Source: the human T2T-CHM13v2.0 reference genome, Homo sapiens
Length of the DNA: 64,000 nt
Assembly (NCBI RefSeq): GCF_009914755.1
Contig: NC_060941.1
Reading direction: 5' to 3' (one strand)
Part shown: positions 20,569 to 35,540 of the stretch, piece after piece
Layout: every line of letters starts with the position of its first letter
How positions within the stretch are numbered: the stretch's first letter is position 1
Notes under the pieces: generated by a model
Told to the model about the DNA's origin: nothing
Database searches by the model: none
Seen by the model: the letters and a program-made list of their open reading frames with translations, nothing else
Program-made: the position numbers and the translations under genes

Positions 20569-22854
20569 TCAAAAACAAACAAAAGAAACAGGCAGCTTCT
20601 CAGAACACATCTGTCCTCCATGTCCACGGGCGCATCCCACCCCTGGCCACCACCGTGTGGCTTTTCTCCGTGGAAGCAGAGGCCATGCATCACTCCCACA
20701 GGCAGCCTCTCTCTGACGAGCCTCAGTAGTAAATTCATGCAAGAAACAAAGAAAACTGCTCCTGTCCTTCTTCAGTGCTGTGCGGAGGAGCGAGAGGGAA
20801 AAGCCAACCATAACGCCATTGCATGTGCTGCTGAAATGCTTTGTGCAAACGTTGAGACTGGAGGTGAGGGCGGAACTTTGTAATATAAGAGCAGTAAGAT
20901 AAATGTTGATTTTAAAATCCAAGTACTTGGACTTTGCTAGAATATTCCATAATCTTTTCCTGGTCTTGATTATTAAACAGTTTTCAAGAAAGTTCTATTT
21001 GGTGAGTCACCTGATGATCTAAACACACTTTTCTTTCTTGTTTGATTCCAGCTGGGTCACCTGCCAACAGAACCAAGCCCACTTGGGTTTTGGAGGCTTT
21101 GGGGGCTGGCTGGTTTCCCTGGGCATGATTGGTGACCTCAGGTCAGATTCCTGGACTTGCTGGGGATCCTGTGCCCAGGAAGGCACCAGCCCAGGAGGCT
21201 CTGAGCCTCAGCCAGGGATGCAGCAGGTTGGTAGCACCTTGGCAGCCATCCCGAGGACACAGGTAAGAAGCCAACAGAGAAGCAAGAATGTGTCTTATTA
21301 AAGCTGCTCCACTCCACAAGCATCTCTGGAATGTTCTCTGGGCCCCGGATCTGCGCGAGGCATTCTGGGTGAGACAGAGACGAAGCCGCTTGAGCTCGGA
21401 AGCCGGTGCTCAAAGAGCGTGACGTGGCCTCACCCCATTCCTCTGCAGGGCTCAGCTGGCACCTGCACCCCCGAGGTAGCTGGGGGCCCCTGAGCTTGGC
21501 CAGGCCCATCTGGCAGCCTTGTCCCTGCTTGTCCACCCCCTCTGGGTTGCGTTCAGCTTCCTGAGCTCCCCCTCTTCACCCGTTCCTAACACAAGAGCTT
21601 GTGCACCCCAGGATGGTGGGGATGGGGTTCTGGCTCGTGGGCAATCTGGGTGTCAGGCTTACGGCCCCAGTGGCTCCGGGTCATGGCCTTGGCCCCACAA
21701 TGGCTGTGCTGCCCCATCAGTGGTCTCTGCAGCTGGGGAAATGCCTGGTCCTTCTGGAGATACAGGAGTGTTGGATTCCCCGATTATGGCCACGTCCTGT
21801 TCCTCTGGTACCATCCACCCACCAAGTCTTGCCACGGTTTCCCTCTGGGCCTCAAATCCAGCTGTCCATCCCAACATCTGTCTCAAGTGGCCTCTCCTGT
21901 ACCCAGCTGCCCAGGAAGCGATCCAAAGGCTCCGTCCCAGGCTGCTGAGGTGACTGAGGACCTTGAGAGGGTCCTACACTCTCAGACCAGGGTGAGGCCG
22001 AGGCCCGAGAGGCAAGTCCCTGCCCAGGCCCTGGCTGGCCAGGACGCGCTGGCCACAGCTTCCCAGAGTGGACGCTGCCCTGCACCCGCCAACACTTCCC
22101 CGTCAGCTTCCCGGTCCCACACCGCTCCTGCTGGCAACGAGGTCGCAGCATATTAAATTCTCGACGCAACTACTGTGTGAAAAAGCCATGCAAACCAGCG
22201 AGGAGCCTGCTTACCACAGGGGCCCTCAGAGGGCTCTGCTGCTCCTCGGTCAAAACCTCCTTTAGGCAGTGACTCTGGCAGCTGCCGGCTGGGCTGTGTC
22301 CTGAGAACTGGGGCTGGGAGGGGCCAGGTGGGAGGGACCTCATCCTCCAGGCGCCCACTGGCCCAGCCCTGAGTGTTCACGACAGGTGCAGGGCTCCCTC
22401 CCCGGCCCCCTTCTGGCCAGGGCAGCCACAGCTCAGCCCCGAGGCCTTGAGTGGCCTTTTCAGAGAAAACCAGGACCTGGGGGCTCCTCCCGGGAGCCTC
22501 TGACCCCCAGACCCATAAACAGGCTTCTCTGTGGGGTCCCTCAACCACTACTTTCCTCTCACCTGAGGGGACCAGCCAGACAGCTCAGGCACCCGAGTCT
22601 TTAGGGAATGAGCTCACTGCCCTCTCCACCCACAGCAGGACACCTGGCAGCCAAAGCCCCACACCTGCCCCTATCCCAGGACTGGGACGAGGAAGCCCCA
22701 GGGTGAGGGGTGGCCCTGATCTGAGCCCTAACCTGGTGGGGGTGGCAGGCAGCCCCAGGTGTGTGGATGACCTGAGCCAGGCACAGACAGCTGCCAGGTG
22801 GGGAGGAGCAGAGGTCATGGGGATGTAGGGAAAGGGTTTGGGGGTTCCTCCCAC

Positions 22855-23895
22855 AGGGCCACTGTGTGAGACAATTTGTCACTTTCTTACAAAACTAAAC
22901 ACACTCTGACCACAGCATCCAGCAATCTCACTCCTTAGAGTTTACCAAAATGAGTTGAGAACTTATGTCTACAGACACCTGCACATGAATATTTGTAGTA
23001 GCTTTATTCATAATTGCCCAAACCTGGGAGCAACCAAGATGTCTTTCCATAGGTGAATGGATAAATAAACCATGGTACATCCAGACAATGGAATACCATT
23101 CAGTGTTAAAAAATAAGTGAGCTGGCCATGCAAGGTGGCTCACGTCTGTAATCCCAGCACTGTGGGAGGCAGAGGCAGGCGGATCACTTGAGCCCAAGTG
23201 TTTGATACCAGTGTGGGCAACATGGTGAGGCCCTGTCTCACAAAAAATACAAAACTTATCGGGGTGTGCACCAGCACCTGTAGTCCCAGCTATTTGGGAG
23301 GCTGAGGTGAGAAAATCACAGGAGCCCAGGAGGTTGAGGCTGTAGTAGCTGTGATTTCACCAGTGCATTCCAGCCTGGGTGACAGAGCAAGACTCTGTCT
23401 CAAAAAAAAAAAAAAAAAAAAAAAGAAGTGAACTATCAAACCACAAAAGACATGGAAGAACCAAAGTGCGTATTACTAAAAAAGAAGTTGAAAAGGCTAC
23501 ATAATGTATGAGTCCAGCTCTGTGACATTTTGGAAAAGGCAAAATTAAGGAGACAGTCAAAAGATTCCTGGTTGCCAGGGGCTGGGAGAGGGAGTGATGA
23601 AAATGCAGAACACAGATGAATCGGGGCGGAGAAACCCGTCTGTACAATATTAGAGTGGTGGGTCTGCATGATTATACATGTGTCCAAACCTGCAGAATGC
23701 ACAGCACCGGAGGAAAGCATAATGGAAACTGCAGAGGGCGATGATGATAATAACAACGTGTAACAAATGGCTGGGACGGGAGGACTGGGGAAGGCTGTGC
23801 ACCTGCAGGAGCAGGGGAGCGGTGGGAGAGCTCCATGCTTTTGGCTCAATTTTGCTATGAACCTAAAACTGCTGTAAAAAATAGAGTCTACTGAA
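22855..23895 (+). mobile_element. L1MC1-like 3' end with an inserted AluJ (about 23123-23425)
   Basis: L1 ORF2-end/3'UTR motifs (GAATGGATAAATAAAC, CAATGGAATAC) and end GAACCTAAAACTGCTGTAAAAAATAGAGTCTA. AAGTGAR(C)T TSD around the Alu. Confidence 0.85.
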
Positions 23896-24039
23896 AAAAC
23901 AAGTGTTAATTTATAAGCGTCTTGTTTAAAGAGCGAAGAGATGAACCACAAAGGGGAAAATGTGTTTAAACAATAACTAATTGACAATTGGCTGGTTCTT
24001 AAAATTCAGAGAACTTTAAGACAGAGACAGCAAAGCAGG

Positions 24040-24410
24040 GATCACGTTTTACAAACGCGGCAGGACCAGGACGTCGTGCCCACGACGGGCCAGCAACCAC
24101 AGGCTGGATGCTCACCCTGTGCCAGCCTGCAGACGGAGAGCACCCACCCCAATCTCCAGCCCCCAGAGGAGCTGCCTCTCCAGGGCCTTCCTGCAGGTGC
24201 CCAGGGGCTGCACATGGCCCTCCTTGGAGGGAGCTGGTGACTCAGCACTTTCATTTCCTGGAAACTGAGGCTCATGGGAGATATGCAGATGAGCCCAGAG
24301 CACCATGGGAAATGGCCCTTTATATACCCAAATGGGCTCTGCCTCCTCCTTTCCCTGGGTGCCCACATGAACAGAGACACCAGGATGGTGAGGTCTCCCG
24401 AGGAGGGGTC
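24040..24410 (+). promoter_or_regulatory. TEX19 promoter region
   Basis: Small CpG cluster 24044-24090, GAS-like TTCCTGGAA 24255-24263 and TATA-like TTTATATA near 24319-24326, upstream of the putative exon 1. Confidence 0.45.
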
Positions 24411-24447
24411 TCTGAGGAGGGGTCTCGGAGACACGGCCTGGTGCTGG
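24410..24447 (+). other. TEX19: Probable TEX19 non-coding exon 1
   Basis: Donor CTGG|GTGAGG at 24447/24448 just before the intronic VNTR. The start is approximate, and an alternative donor GATG|GTGAGG lies near 24388. Confidence 0.55.
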
Positions 24448-24480
24448 GTGAGGGGTTGGGAGGCTGAAGCGGGGCCAGGA

Positions 24481-26812
24481 TTCCTCAGGTTCCCTCAGTT
24501 TCCCTCAAATTTCCCTCAGTTTCCCTCAGGTTCCCTAAGGTTCTCCAAGTTCCCTCAAATTTCCCTCAGTTTCCCTCAGGTTCCCTCAGTTTCCCTCAAG
24601 TTTCCCTCAGTTTCCCTCAGGTTCCCTCAGTTTCCCTCAAGTTTCCCTCAGGTTCCCCCAGTTTCCCTCAAGTTTCCCTCAGCTTCCCTCAGGTTCCCCC
24701 AGTTTCCCTCAGGTTCCCTCAGTTTCCCTCAAGTTTCCCTCAGTTTCCCCCAGTTTCCCTCAAATTTCCCTCAGTTTCCCTCAGGTTCCCTCAGTTTCCC
24801 CCAGCTTCCCTCAGGTTCCCTCAGTTTCCCTCAAGTTCCCCTCAGTTTCCCCCAGTTTCCCTCAAATTTCCCTCAGTTTCCCTCAGGTTCCCTCAGTTTC
24901 CCCCAGTTTCCCTCAGGTTCCCCCAGTTTCCCTCAAGTTCCCCTCAGGTTCCCCCAGTTTCCCTCAAGTTTCCCTCGGGTTCCCCCAGTTTCCCTCAGGT
25001 TCCCCCAGTTTCCCTCAGTTTCCCTCAAGTTTCCCTCAGGTTCCCCCAGTTTCCCTCAGGTTCCCTCAGTTTCCCTCAAGTTTCCCTCAGGTTCCCCCAG
25101 TTTCCCTCAGGTTCCCTCAGGTTCCCCCAGTTTCCCCCAGGTTCCCCCAGTTTCCCCCAGTTTCCCTCAAGTTTCCCTCAGGTTCCCCCAGTTTCCCTCA
25201 GGTTCCCTCAGTTTCCCTCAAGTTTCCCTCAGGTTCCCCCAGTTTCCCTCAGGTTCCCTCAGGTTCCCCCAGTTTCCCCCAGGTTCCCCCAGTTTCCCCC
25301 AGTTTCCCTCAAGTTTCCCTCAGGTTCCCCCAGTTTCCCTCAGGTTCCCTCAGGTTCCCCCAGTTTCCCCCAGTTTCCCTCAGGTTCCCCCAGTTTCCCT
25401 CAGGTTCCCTCAGTTTCCCTCAGGTTCCCCCAGTTTCCCTCAGTTTCCCCCAGTTTCCCTCAAGTTTCCCTCAGGTTCCCCCAGTTTCCCTCAGGTTCCC
25501 TCAGTTTCCCTCAGGTTCCCCCAGTTTCCCTCAGGTTCCCCCAGTTTCCCTCAGGTTCCCTCAAGTTTCCCTCAGGTTCCCCCAGTTTCCCTCAGGTTCC
25601 CTCAGGTTCCCTCAGTTTCCCTCAGGTTCCCCCAGTTTCCCTCAGTTTCCCTCAGTTTCCCCCAGTTTCCCTCAAGTTTCCCTCAGGTTCCCCCAGTTTC
25701 CCTCAGGTTCCCCCAGTTTCCCTCAGGTTCCCTCAGTTTTCCTCAGGTTCCCCCAGTTTCCCCCAGGTTCCCTCGGGTTCCCTCAAGTTTCCCTCAGGTT
25801 CCCCCAGTTTCCCTCAGGTTCCCTCAGTTTCCCTCAAGTTTCCCTCAGGTTCCCCCAGTTTCCCTCAGGTTCCCTCAGTTTCCCTCAAGTTTCCCTCAGG
25901 TTCCCCCAGTTTCCCTCAGGTTCCCCCAGTTTCCCTCAGGTTCCCTCAGTTTCCCCCAGTTTCCCTCAGGTTCCCCCAGTTTCCCTCAGGTTCCCTCAGT
26001 TTCCCCCAGTTTCCCTCAAGTTTCCCTCAGGTTCCCCCAGTTTCCCTCAGGTTCCCTCAGTTTCCCTCAGGTTCCCCCAGTTTCCCTCAGGTTCCCTCAG
26101 TTTCCCCCAGTTTCCCTCAGGTTCCCTCAGTTTCCCTCAGGTTCCCTCAGTTTCCCCCAGTTTCCCTCAGGTTCCCCCAGTTTCCCTCAGTTTCCCTCAG
26201 GTTTCCTCAAGTTGCCTCAGTTTCCTTCAGGTTCCCTCAATTTCCATCAGGTCCCCTCAGGCTCTGCCAGTTTCCCTCAGGTTCCCCCAGTTTCCCTCAG
26301 GTTCCCTCAGTTTCCCCCAGTTTCCCTCAGGTTCCCCCAGTTTCCCCCAGTTTCCCTCAAGTTTCCCTCAGGTTCCCCCAGTTTCCCTCAGGTTCCCTCA
26401 GTTTCCCTCAGGTTCCCCCAGTTTCCCTCAGGTTCCCTCAGTTTCCCCCAGTTTCCCTCAGGTTCCCCCAGTTTCCCTCAGTTTCCCTCAGGTTTCCTCA
26501 AGTTGCCTCAGTTTCCTTCAGGTTCCCTCAATTTCCATCAGGTCCCCTCAGGCTCTGCCAGTTTCCTTCAGGTTCCCCCAGTTTCCCTCAGGTTCCCTCA
26601 GTTTCCCCCAGTTTCCCTCAGGTTCCCTCAGTTTCCCCCAGTTTCTCTCAGGTTCCCCCAGTTTCCCTCAGTTTCCCCCAGTTTCCCTCAGGTTCCCCCA
26701 GTTTCCCTCAGGTTCCCTCAGGTTCCCCCAGTTTCCTTCAGGTTCCCTCAATTTCCATCAGGTCCCCTCAGGCTCTGCCAGTTTCCCTCATGTTCCCCCA
26801 GGTTCTGTCAGG
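24481..26812. repeat. TEX19 intronic 10/11-bp minisatellite (GKTTCCCYCA, about 230 units)
   Basis: Continuous GTTTCCCTCA/GGTTCCCCCA/GGTTCCCTCA/AGTTTCCCTCA units over 2.3 kb. Confidence 0.98.
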
Positions 26813-27312
26813 TGAAGCTGATGGGCTGTTGGGGTCCCTGAGGTGTAGGGGGTGGCTGATGAGCCCGGGGAGGTCGGATGGAGGAACTGAAGGCCTCCCA
26901 GCCCCGGTGCTGTTCAAACTGAGCAGGGTCCCCACTAAAGGGCCAGTCTGAACCCCAACATCCCTGCCCCTGCTGGTCCCCACAGTTTGCCCCCACCCTG
27001 CCTGCTGGGGGTGCCTAACCTCCCTTCCTTTGCCTTTCCAGCTCTCCTGAGACCACAGCAACTGCAGAAGCTGAAGACATTTCCAGAAGTTCAAGCTTCC
27101 ACCCTCTGCAGGTCCCCACTGAGCTGGGACCCAGGTCATCCACCCCACCCCAAATCCCTGGATAGGAAACCCCTTTCTCCTCCTGCTCCTTGTCCCCTTC
27201 ATCCCTGCCGCCCAGCATCCTACTGGCCTCAGCACCTGTGGCCAGACCGTCCAAGATCCTCTGAAGGCCCAGCTCTTGCTGTCCACCCCGGCAGTAGGCA
27301 GGCAGCCTGGCC

Positions 27313-27807
27313 ATGTGCCCTCCGGTCAGCATGCGGTATGAGGAAGAGGGCATGTCCTACCTCTACGCCTCCTGGATGTATCAGCTTCAACATGGAGATC
27401 AGCTAAGCATTTGCTTCACCTGCTTCAAGGCTGCCTTTCTAGACTTTAAAGACTTGCTGGAGTCAGAGGACTGGGAAGAAGACAACTGGGACCCTGAGCT
27501 GATGGAGCACACTGAGGCAGAGTCAGAGCAGGAGGGGTCCTCAGGGATGGAGCTGAGCTGGGGGCAGAGCCCAGGACAGCCTGTGCAGGGGGGCTCTGAG
27601 GCATGGGGGCCAGGGACCCTGGCAGCAGCCCCAGAAGGGTTGGAAGATGCAGGTCTGGACCCCCACTTTGTCCCCACTGAACTATGGCCTCAGGAGGCTG
27701 TGCCCCTGGGCCTGGGCCTTGAGGATGCTGACTGGACCCAGGGTCTTCCCTGGAGATTTGAGGAGCTTCTTACCTGCTCACACTGGCCAAGCTTCTTTCC
27801 TTCATAG
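27313..27807 (+). CDS. TEX19: Testis-expressed protein 19 (164 aa, single coding exon)
   Basis: [28 protein letters not shown]...[16 protein letters not shown]...FFPS carries the MCP and VPTEL motifs of TEX19 and matches the human protein as I recall it. Confidence 0.97.
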
Positions 27808-28378
27808 CAGGGGTTTCTCAAAGTGGACCTGCCCCCAGGGGAGCCCATGGTGTTGAAGCTGGGCATTACCTGGGCAGTGGACCCTGCCGAGGCTGAGGCC
27901 TAGTTACTGGCCCTGCAGCTTGTCTCCATGGTGGGCTGCTATGATACCATCTACCTACAGAAGATGACCCCAGACAGGGCCCTGAGGACCCCAGGGCAGC
28001 ACTGGAAATTGCTGCTGGAGCCTGGTGAAGTGTGGGTGGTGAGACTCCAAGATGCACCCCAAGAGCAGGACCTGCACTGGTGGATGCTGAGCATTCTAGA
28101 AACATCGTTAACAGGACACAGGGCAGAGCTGGTCCCTGCAGCCTCAGCCCTGCAGAAGAGGATTCACCATAGTCTCTTATTCACCCTGGACCAACAGGGA
28201 GAGCAAGAAGGGAGACTCAGCCTGTAAGCCACAGTCCTCCAGCCAAGAACAGGATCTCAGCACCCCTGAGACACAGAGCAGGGGTCCTGAGGAAAGCCTG
28301 GCTGTTGCAGGAGCCTCGGCCATGGGGGAGCTGCCCTGTTTCCAGCCTCAGTCCAGGGCCCCAGAACTGAGAGACTAA
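27808..28378 (+). pseudogene. Degenerate ancestral C-terminal coding region of TEX19, now 3'UTR
   Basis: The frame continues past TAG 27805 (QGFLKVDLPPGEPMVLKLG...) through a second TAG at 27901 into ORF 27928-28227. A shifted frame from about 28160 stays open to 28378. Confidence 0.8.
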
Positions 28379-29149
28379 GGCTCATGTAGCTGCCATTGTC
28401 CTGGGCACACCAGGACATCAGAGACTGGGAAGGGCCAGCAATTGCTGTTCCACAACAGCCAGGGGAGCAGTTGGCAAAGGAAACATGGGGAGCAACTTTA
28501 GGGGCTGGGAGATAGGGCCTGTTGTGGCCTCAGAGGGAAGCATTACAAATATTCATAACCTGGAAACAAGTTCTTACCAGTTGATTGTCACATAGTTCTG
28601 GATGTGTTGGCCTGAATGGCTGTTGTGCTGCTTGTGACATGGGGGGCAGGGCACAGAACTTGTGCCTATTTCACCTTGGCCATGGGGAGGGACATTGCTT
28701 GTAAAACACATGCTCTGCAGAACACACCAGAATCTGTGGTGACCTGGATGTGTTCTCGACTTTGCCAGGACAATCTCAGGGGTGCCACAAGACCCTGTCA
28801 GCAGCACTAGGATCTCTGGTCTACAGTGGAGGGAGAGCTGGTTTTAAATGTTGGCCGTTGATGCAATTTAACCATTTAATTCCTGTTGCTCTATATGTTG
28901 TTTTTAATTTTAAAAAGTCATAAAAGCTTTCAAACAAGCTCCTGTGTAAGTCATTCCTCAGCAAGTTTTGTTGATTGGCCTTATCCTTGTCCTCTCAGTA
29001 TCTGGGCTAAGCCACTTTGCTGGCTTGAAATCCCACCAAATGGTGGGAACAGAGGATAGAAGGGAAGAGGAGCACGGGAGAGATGAGGGTTCTGGTCGGT
29101 TTCCAGGCTCATCATGGGAGTTTGTTTCACATTATTTATAAAGAAATAC

Positions 29150-30161
<1,012 letters not shown>

Positions 30162-31427
30162 CTAATGTTGAGGAGACAGATGATGCCAATGATGATGATG
30201 GCTATGACGGTGGTGATGGTTATAGTGGTGGTGGTAATAATGGTGATGGAGATAGTGAAGATAGTAAAGAAGGCCCACAGGAAGAGACCTGAAGGATAAA
30301 GGGCTCTGCCTCCTTGGATTTGGCTGCTGCTGAGGCCCCTCCATTAGTTTCAGCATTGGGGCCCTCCGCTGCTGTCAGACACGGATGTGGATGATAGTCC
30401 TTCAAGAAGGAGGTGGGGCCCCTGACCTCCTTGCCTCCCAGGAAGGCAGGAAGAAGTGGAATGAGCACGCTGAGAAGGAAGGAACCCCCACACTCTGTTA
30501 CATGACATGGGGTGAGGAGTTTGGCCCCATGGCGTGGTACACACGTGTGCCTTTGGTTGTATGCTTGCAAGAGAAATCTGGGGCCTCTGGGGTTTCTGCC
30601 CTCACCCCAGCCCTGACTCTGACCTTTGGAATCCCTGGAGGGGCTTTCTAGAGCTCTGCATCCAGCCTCTTCACTCAGGACGTGAGGTTTCCTGAATCCT
30701 GAACTGGAACCTTTTCCCAAAGGTTAGCCAGCTTTCAAGTGGCCTCATGGGGCCAGGGAGGCTGTAGTGTTGGGACTCCCAGGGGGCCCCCAAAAGTTGG
30801 TTCTGAGAAAGGACTATTATGTACACTAGACATTTCTCCTCACTCTCCCTATGTCTGAGCTTTCACGAGCTTGGACACTTTAAGTCAGGGGAAGTGCTCG
30901 GAATTCCATGTTGTCTCCTGCCAGCTTAAGCCCTTTCATCCCCTGCAATTGCTCAGATGTCTGAGGCTCTCCGCTAATTAATAGGGCCACCACCAGCTGG
31001 AGACCCGTGCAGGTTCTAATTGGTTTGATTCATGTTACCATCTCTCCAGCTGTGTCTCATATCTGGAGGTGTTTGAGACCAAGACTGGGGAAATTGTGGT
31101 GCCTGAGGTCAAAAGTAAAGGAAAATACCAACAGCAGCATCAAGGGAAGTGTCTCCTGGAAGAGTAAAGTGAAATCACCAGCTGCAGAGGTGCTCTGGGA
31201 GAGGTGGGAGGCCCTGCAGGGGTGTCCCCCTGGGACCTCCTTCCAAAAGAAAGAGCCCTCAGCTCTGGGTAATGAAGTGGGCCCACGCTCCCTGGGCAGG
31301 ATCCCAGGCAGCTGATGGCTGATGGCTGAGCTCTAGTTGGGGCTTTGAGGGCCTGGCCGTTTCTGCACGGCCCAGTCTTTGCTCCTCATGAGGTTCCCTA
31401 ACTCCATCTGGGGTGCACTCAGCCTGA

Positions 31428-31676
<249 letters not shown>

Positions 31677-32029
31677 TGAGAGGTGGAGTGGGTTCTGAAC
31701 AAAGCATCCTCTTCAAGTCTGAAAAACACAAACATCAGGCTGGATGGGCACCTGAAAAGAGCCCCATGAAACCAGCTCTGTCTGTGGAACCTCATTTTCT
31801 ACAGAATTTAGTAATCCAATTGGAAAGTACTTCTTTCAGAAAAATTATCATTGCAAAACATAATGAACCCATTAAGTGCAGAGCAAAGCTTCAAAAGTCA
31901 CATTTGTGGAAAATGGGAGCTTTATGATTATGATTTATGATTTAATGGTCCATAAAGTGAATCATAGGCAGGCAGAGCCACTTTGCACTAAAGCGCTGGG
32001 ATTACAGGTGTGAGCCACCGCGCCCGGCC

Positions 32030-32900
32030 TGAAATGTGAATTCTTACACAACAACAAAGAGCTTTCCAACTGTGTAATTTCACTCACCCTTCTCCAGAGA
32101 CCTGGTGCTATTGTTGTCTTGGATATTAGTTGACACGTGTTATCATCATCATGCGCCACCAGAGCTATTGCTGCATAGTCCTCATCTTTTTAATTTACAA
32201 ACATATTTACCTTCCTGGTGCACTTCATTTTTCCATGCACTTCCGAGTTTCTATCTGGGGTCATTTTCTGTCAGCAGAAGGAAAGCCTGAGGAGCTCCTT
32301 TAGTATTTTTTTGTGCTGTGACAAATGTTCTTAGCTTTGTCTGAAAGTATCTATATTTTATTGTACATAAATTGTTGGTTAAAATTCTTTATTTTGGTAC
32401 TTTAAAGAGGTCATTCTCTTTCGGTTTCCATGGTTTTCTGAGGAGATCTAGTCATCTTTCCTATTGTTATTCCCTGAATGCATTGTCTTTTTTTTTTTTA
32501 ATCTCAATAATTTTTACAGTTTCTGTTTACCTTTGGTTTTTGGAATTTTTTACTACAATGCGCTGGAGTTGTTTGCTTTTAGTTTTTTCCTGCTTGTGAT
32601 TTACTAAGATTCTAATGTCTGTAAGTTGACATTGCTTATCAATTTTGAAAATTTCAGCCACTGCCTTTTCAGATATTGCTCCTGCCCCATTTTCCTCTGT
32701 TGTTGATCTGGGGACTCCAGTGACATGTACGTCAGATCATTTGATGGTGTGGTTCCACAGGCTTTTCTGTTTTTCATTCTTTTCTCTTTCTGTGTCTGGA
32801 TAATTTCTATTGACCTACCTTTAAGTTAACTGATTCTTTCTTCTGCTGTGATTTCTGAATTTTAGATACTGTACTTTTAAAAGTTATAAAATGTCCATTT
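32030..32900 (-). mobile_element. Old L1M fragment
   Basis: T-rich antisense L1-like sequence (CAATTTTGAAAATTTCAGCC, GGGACTCCAGTGACATGTA). Confidence 0.65.
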
Positions 32901-32906
32901 GACCCT

Positions 32907-33692
32907 TGTGAGAAAGAAACTCATCCGTCCAAATCCAAAGAACTGACTCAGGGACCTGGAGAACAGCGAAAGCGAGGCTTTTAATGACGGCAAGATCGGG
33001 TGTCTGGTGGGCAGGCACACCCAGCAGTTTCAACAAGCAATTTATCCCCTAGTGCACAGATCCCTCCCCCGGTTCCTCATAGGCTGAGTACTCTGGGGTC
33101 ACAGTCTTCCCGCATGTCGCCTATTGGTTGTTGGGCAGGGGCTGTAGGGCGCAGGTCCCTCCCCAGCTTCCTCATAGGCTGAGTACTAGGGGATCACAGT
33201 CTTCCTGCATGTCGCCTATTGGTTGTTGGGCAGGGGCTGCAGGGTGCAGGTCCCTCCCCAGGTTCCTCATAGGCTGAGTACTCTCGGGTCACAATCTTCC
33301 CGGATGTCGCCTATTGGTTGTTGGGCAGGTGCTGTAGGTGTTTTCTTCAGGGTTGTCCTGCTGCATTTTGTTGCAGCCCACAATGCATTGCAATCCTAGT
33401 TAGCTCAGGGGCTCTTTTAAGTATTTGACTTATGACCTAAGTAGCTGGGCAGGCTGATAAGAATAGATCAAACCAGCTATTTTGCAGGCTAGTAAAATTT
33501 CATCTTAAACTTCTTTGATTTGGGTGAGGGCAACTAAGAGGGGGTTAAAAGGGGAGTGGATGAGGCCGACAAGCAGGCATCCACTATCCAAGCTGGGGCC
33601 TAGTATATCCTGTTCTTCTGTAGTTTGCTGACCTAAGCCGATTCAAGGCACACTGTCTTGGAAATGGACCACTGTATACATTATTTCCTTCA
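32907..33692 (-). mobile_element. ERV solo LTR with internal 3 x 95-bp repeat
   Basis: TG...CA ends with CCCT target duplication (32903-32906 and 33693-33696). Repeat units at about 33061, 33156 and 33251. Confidence 0.8.
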
Positions 33693-33704
33693 CCCTTTAA
33701 AAAA

Positions 33705-35540
<1,836 letters not shown>

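Larger units (their letters stand above)
27042..28945 (+). other. TEX19: TEX19 exon 2 (5'UTR, CDS and 3'UTR)
   Basis: Branch-point-like CTAAC at 27015-27019, pyrimidine tract and TTTCCAG acceptor ending 27041. Variant polyA signal CATAAA at about 28919-28924; 3' end approximate. Confidence 0.75.

Noticed and set aside
24274-26841. 855-aa ORF as a real gene
   Set aside because: It is open only because the repeat units lack stop triplets. It shifts register with the 10/11-bp units and lies mostly in the TEX19 intron.
30162-30356. His-rich ORF
   Set aside because: Antisense reading of a (TGA/TGG)n low-complexity tract.
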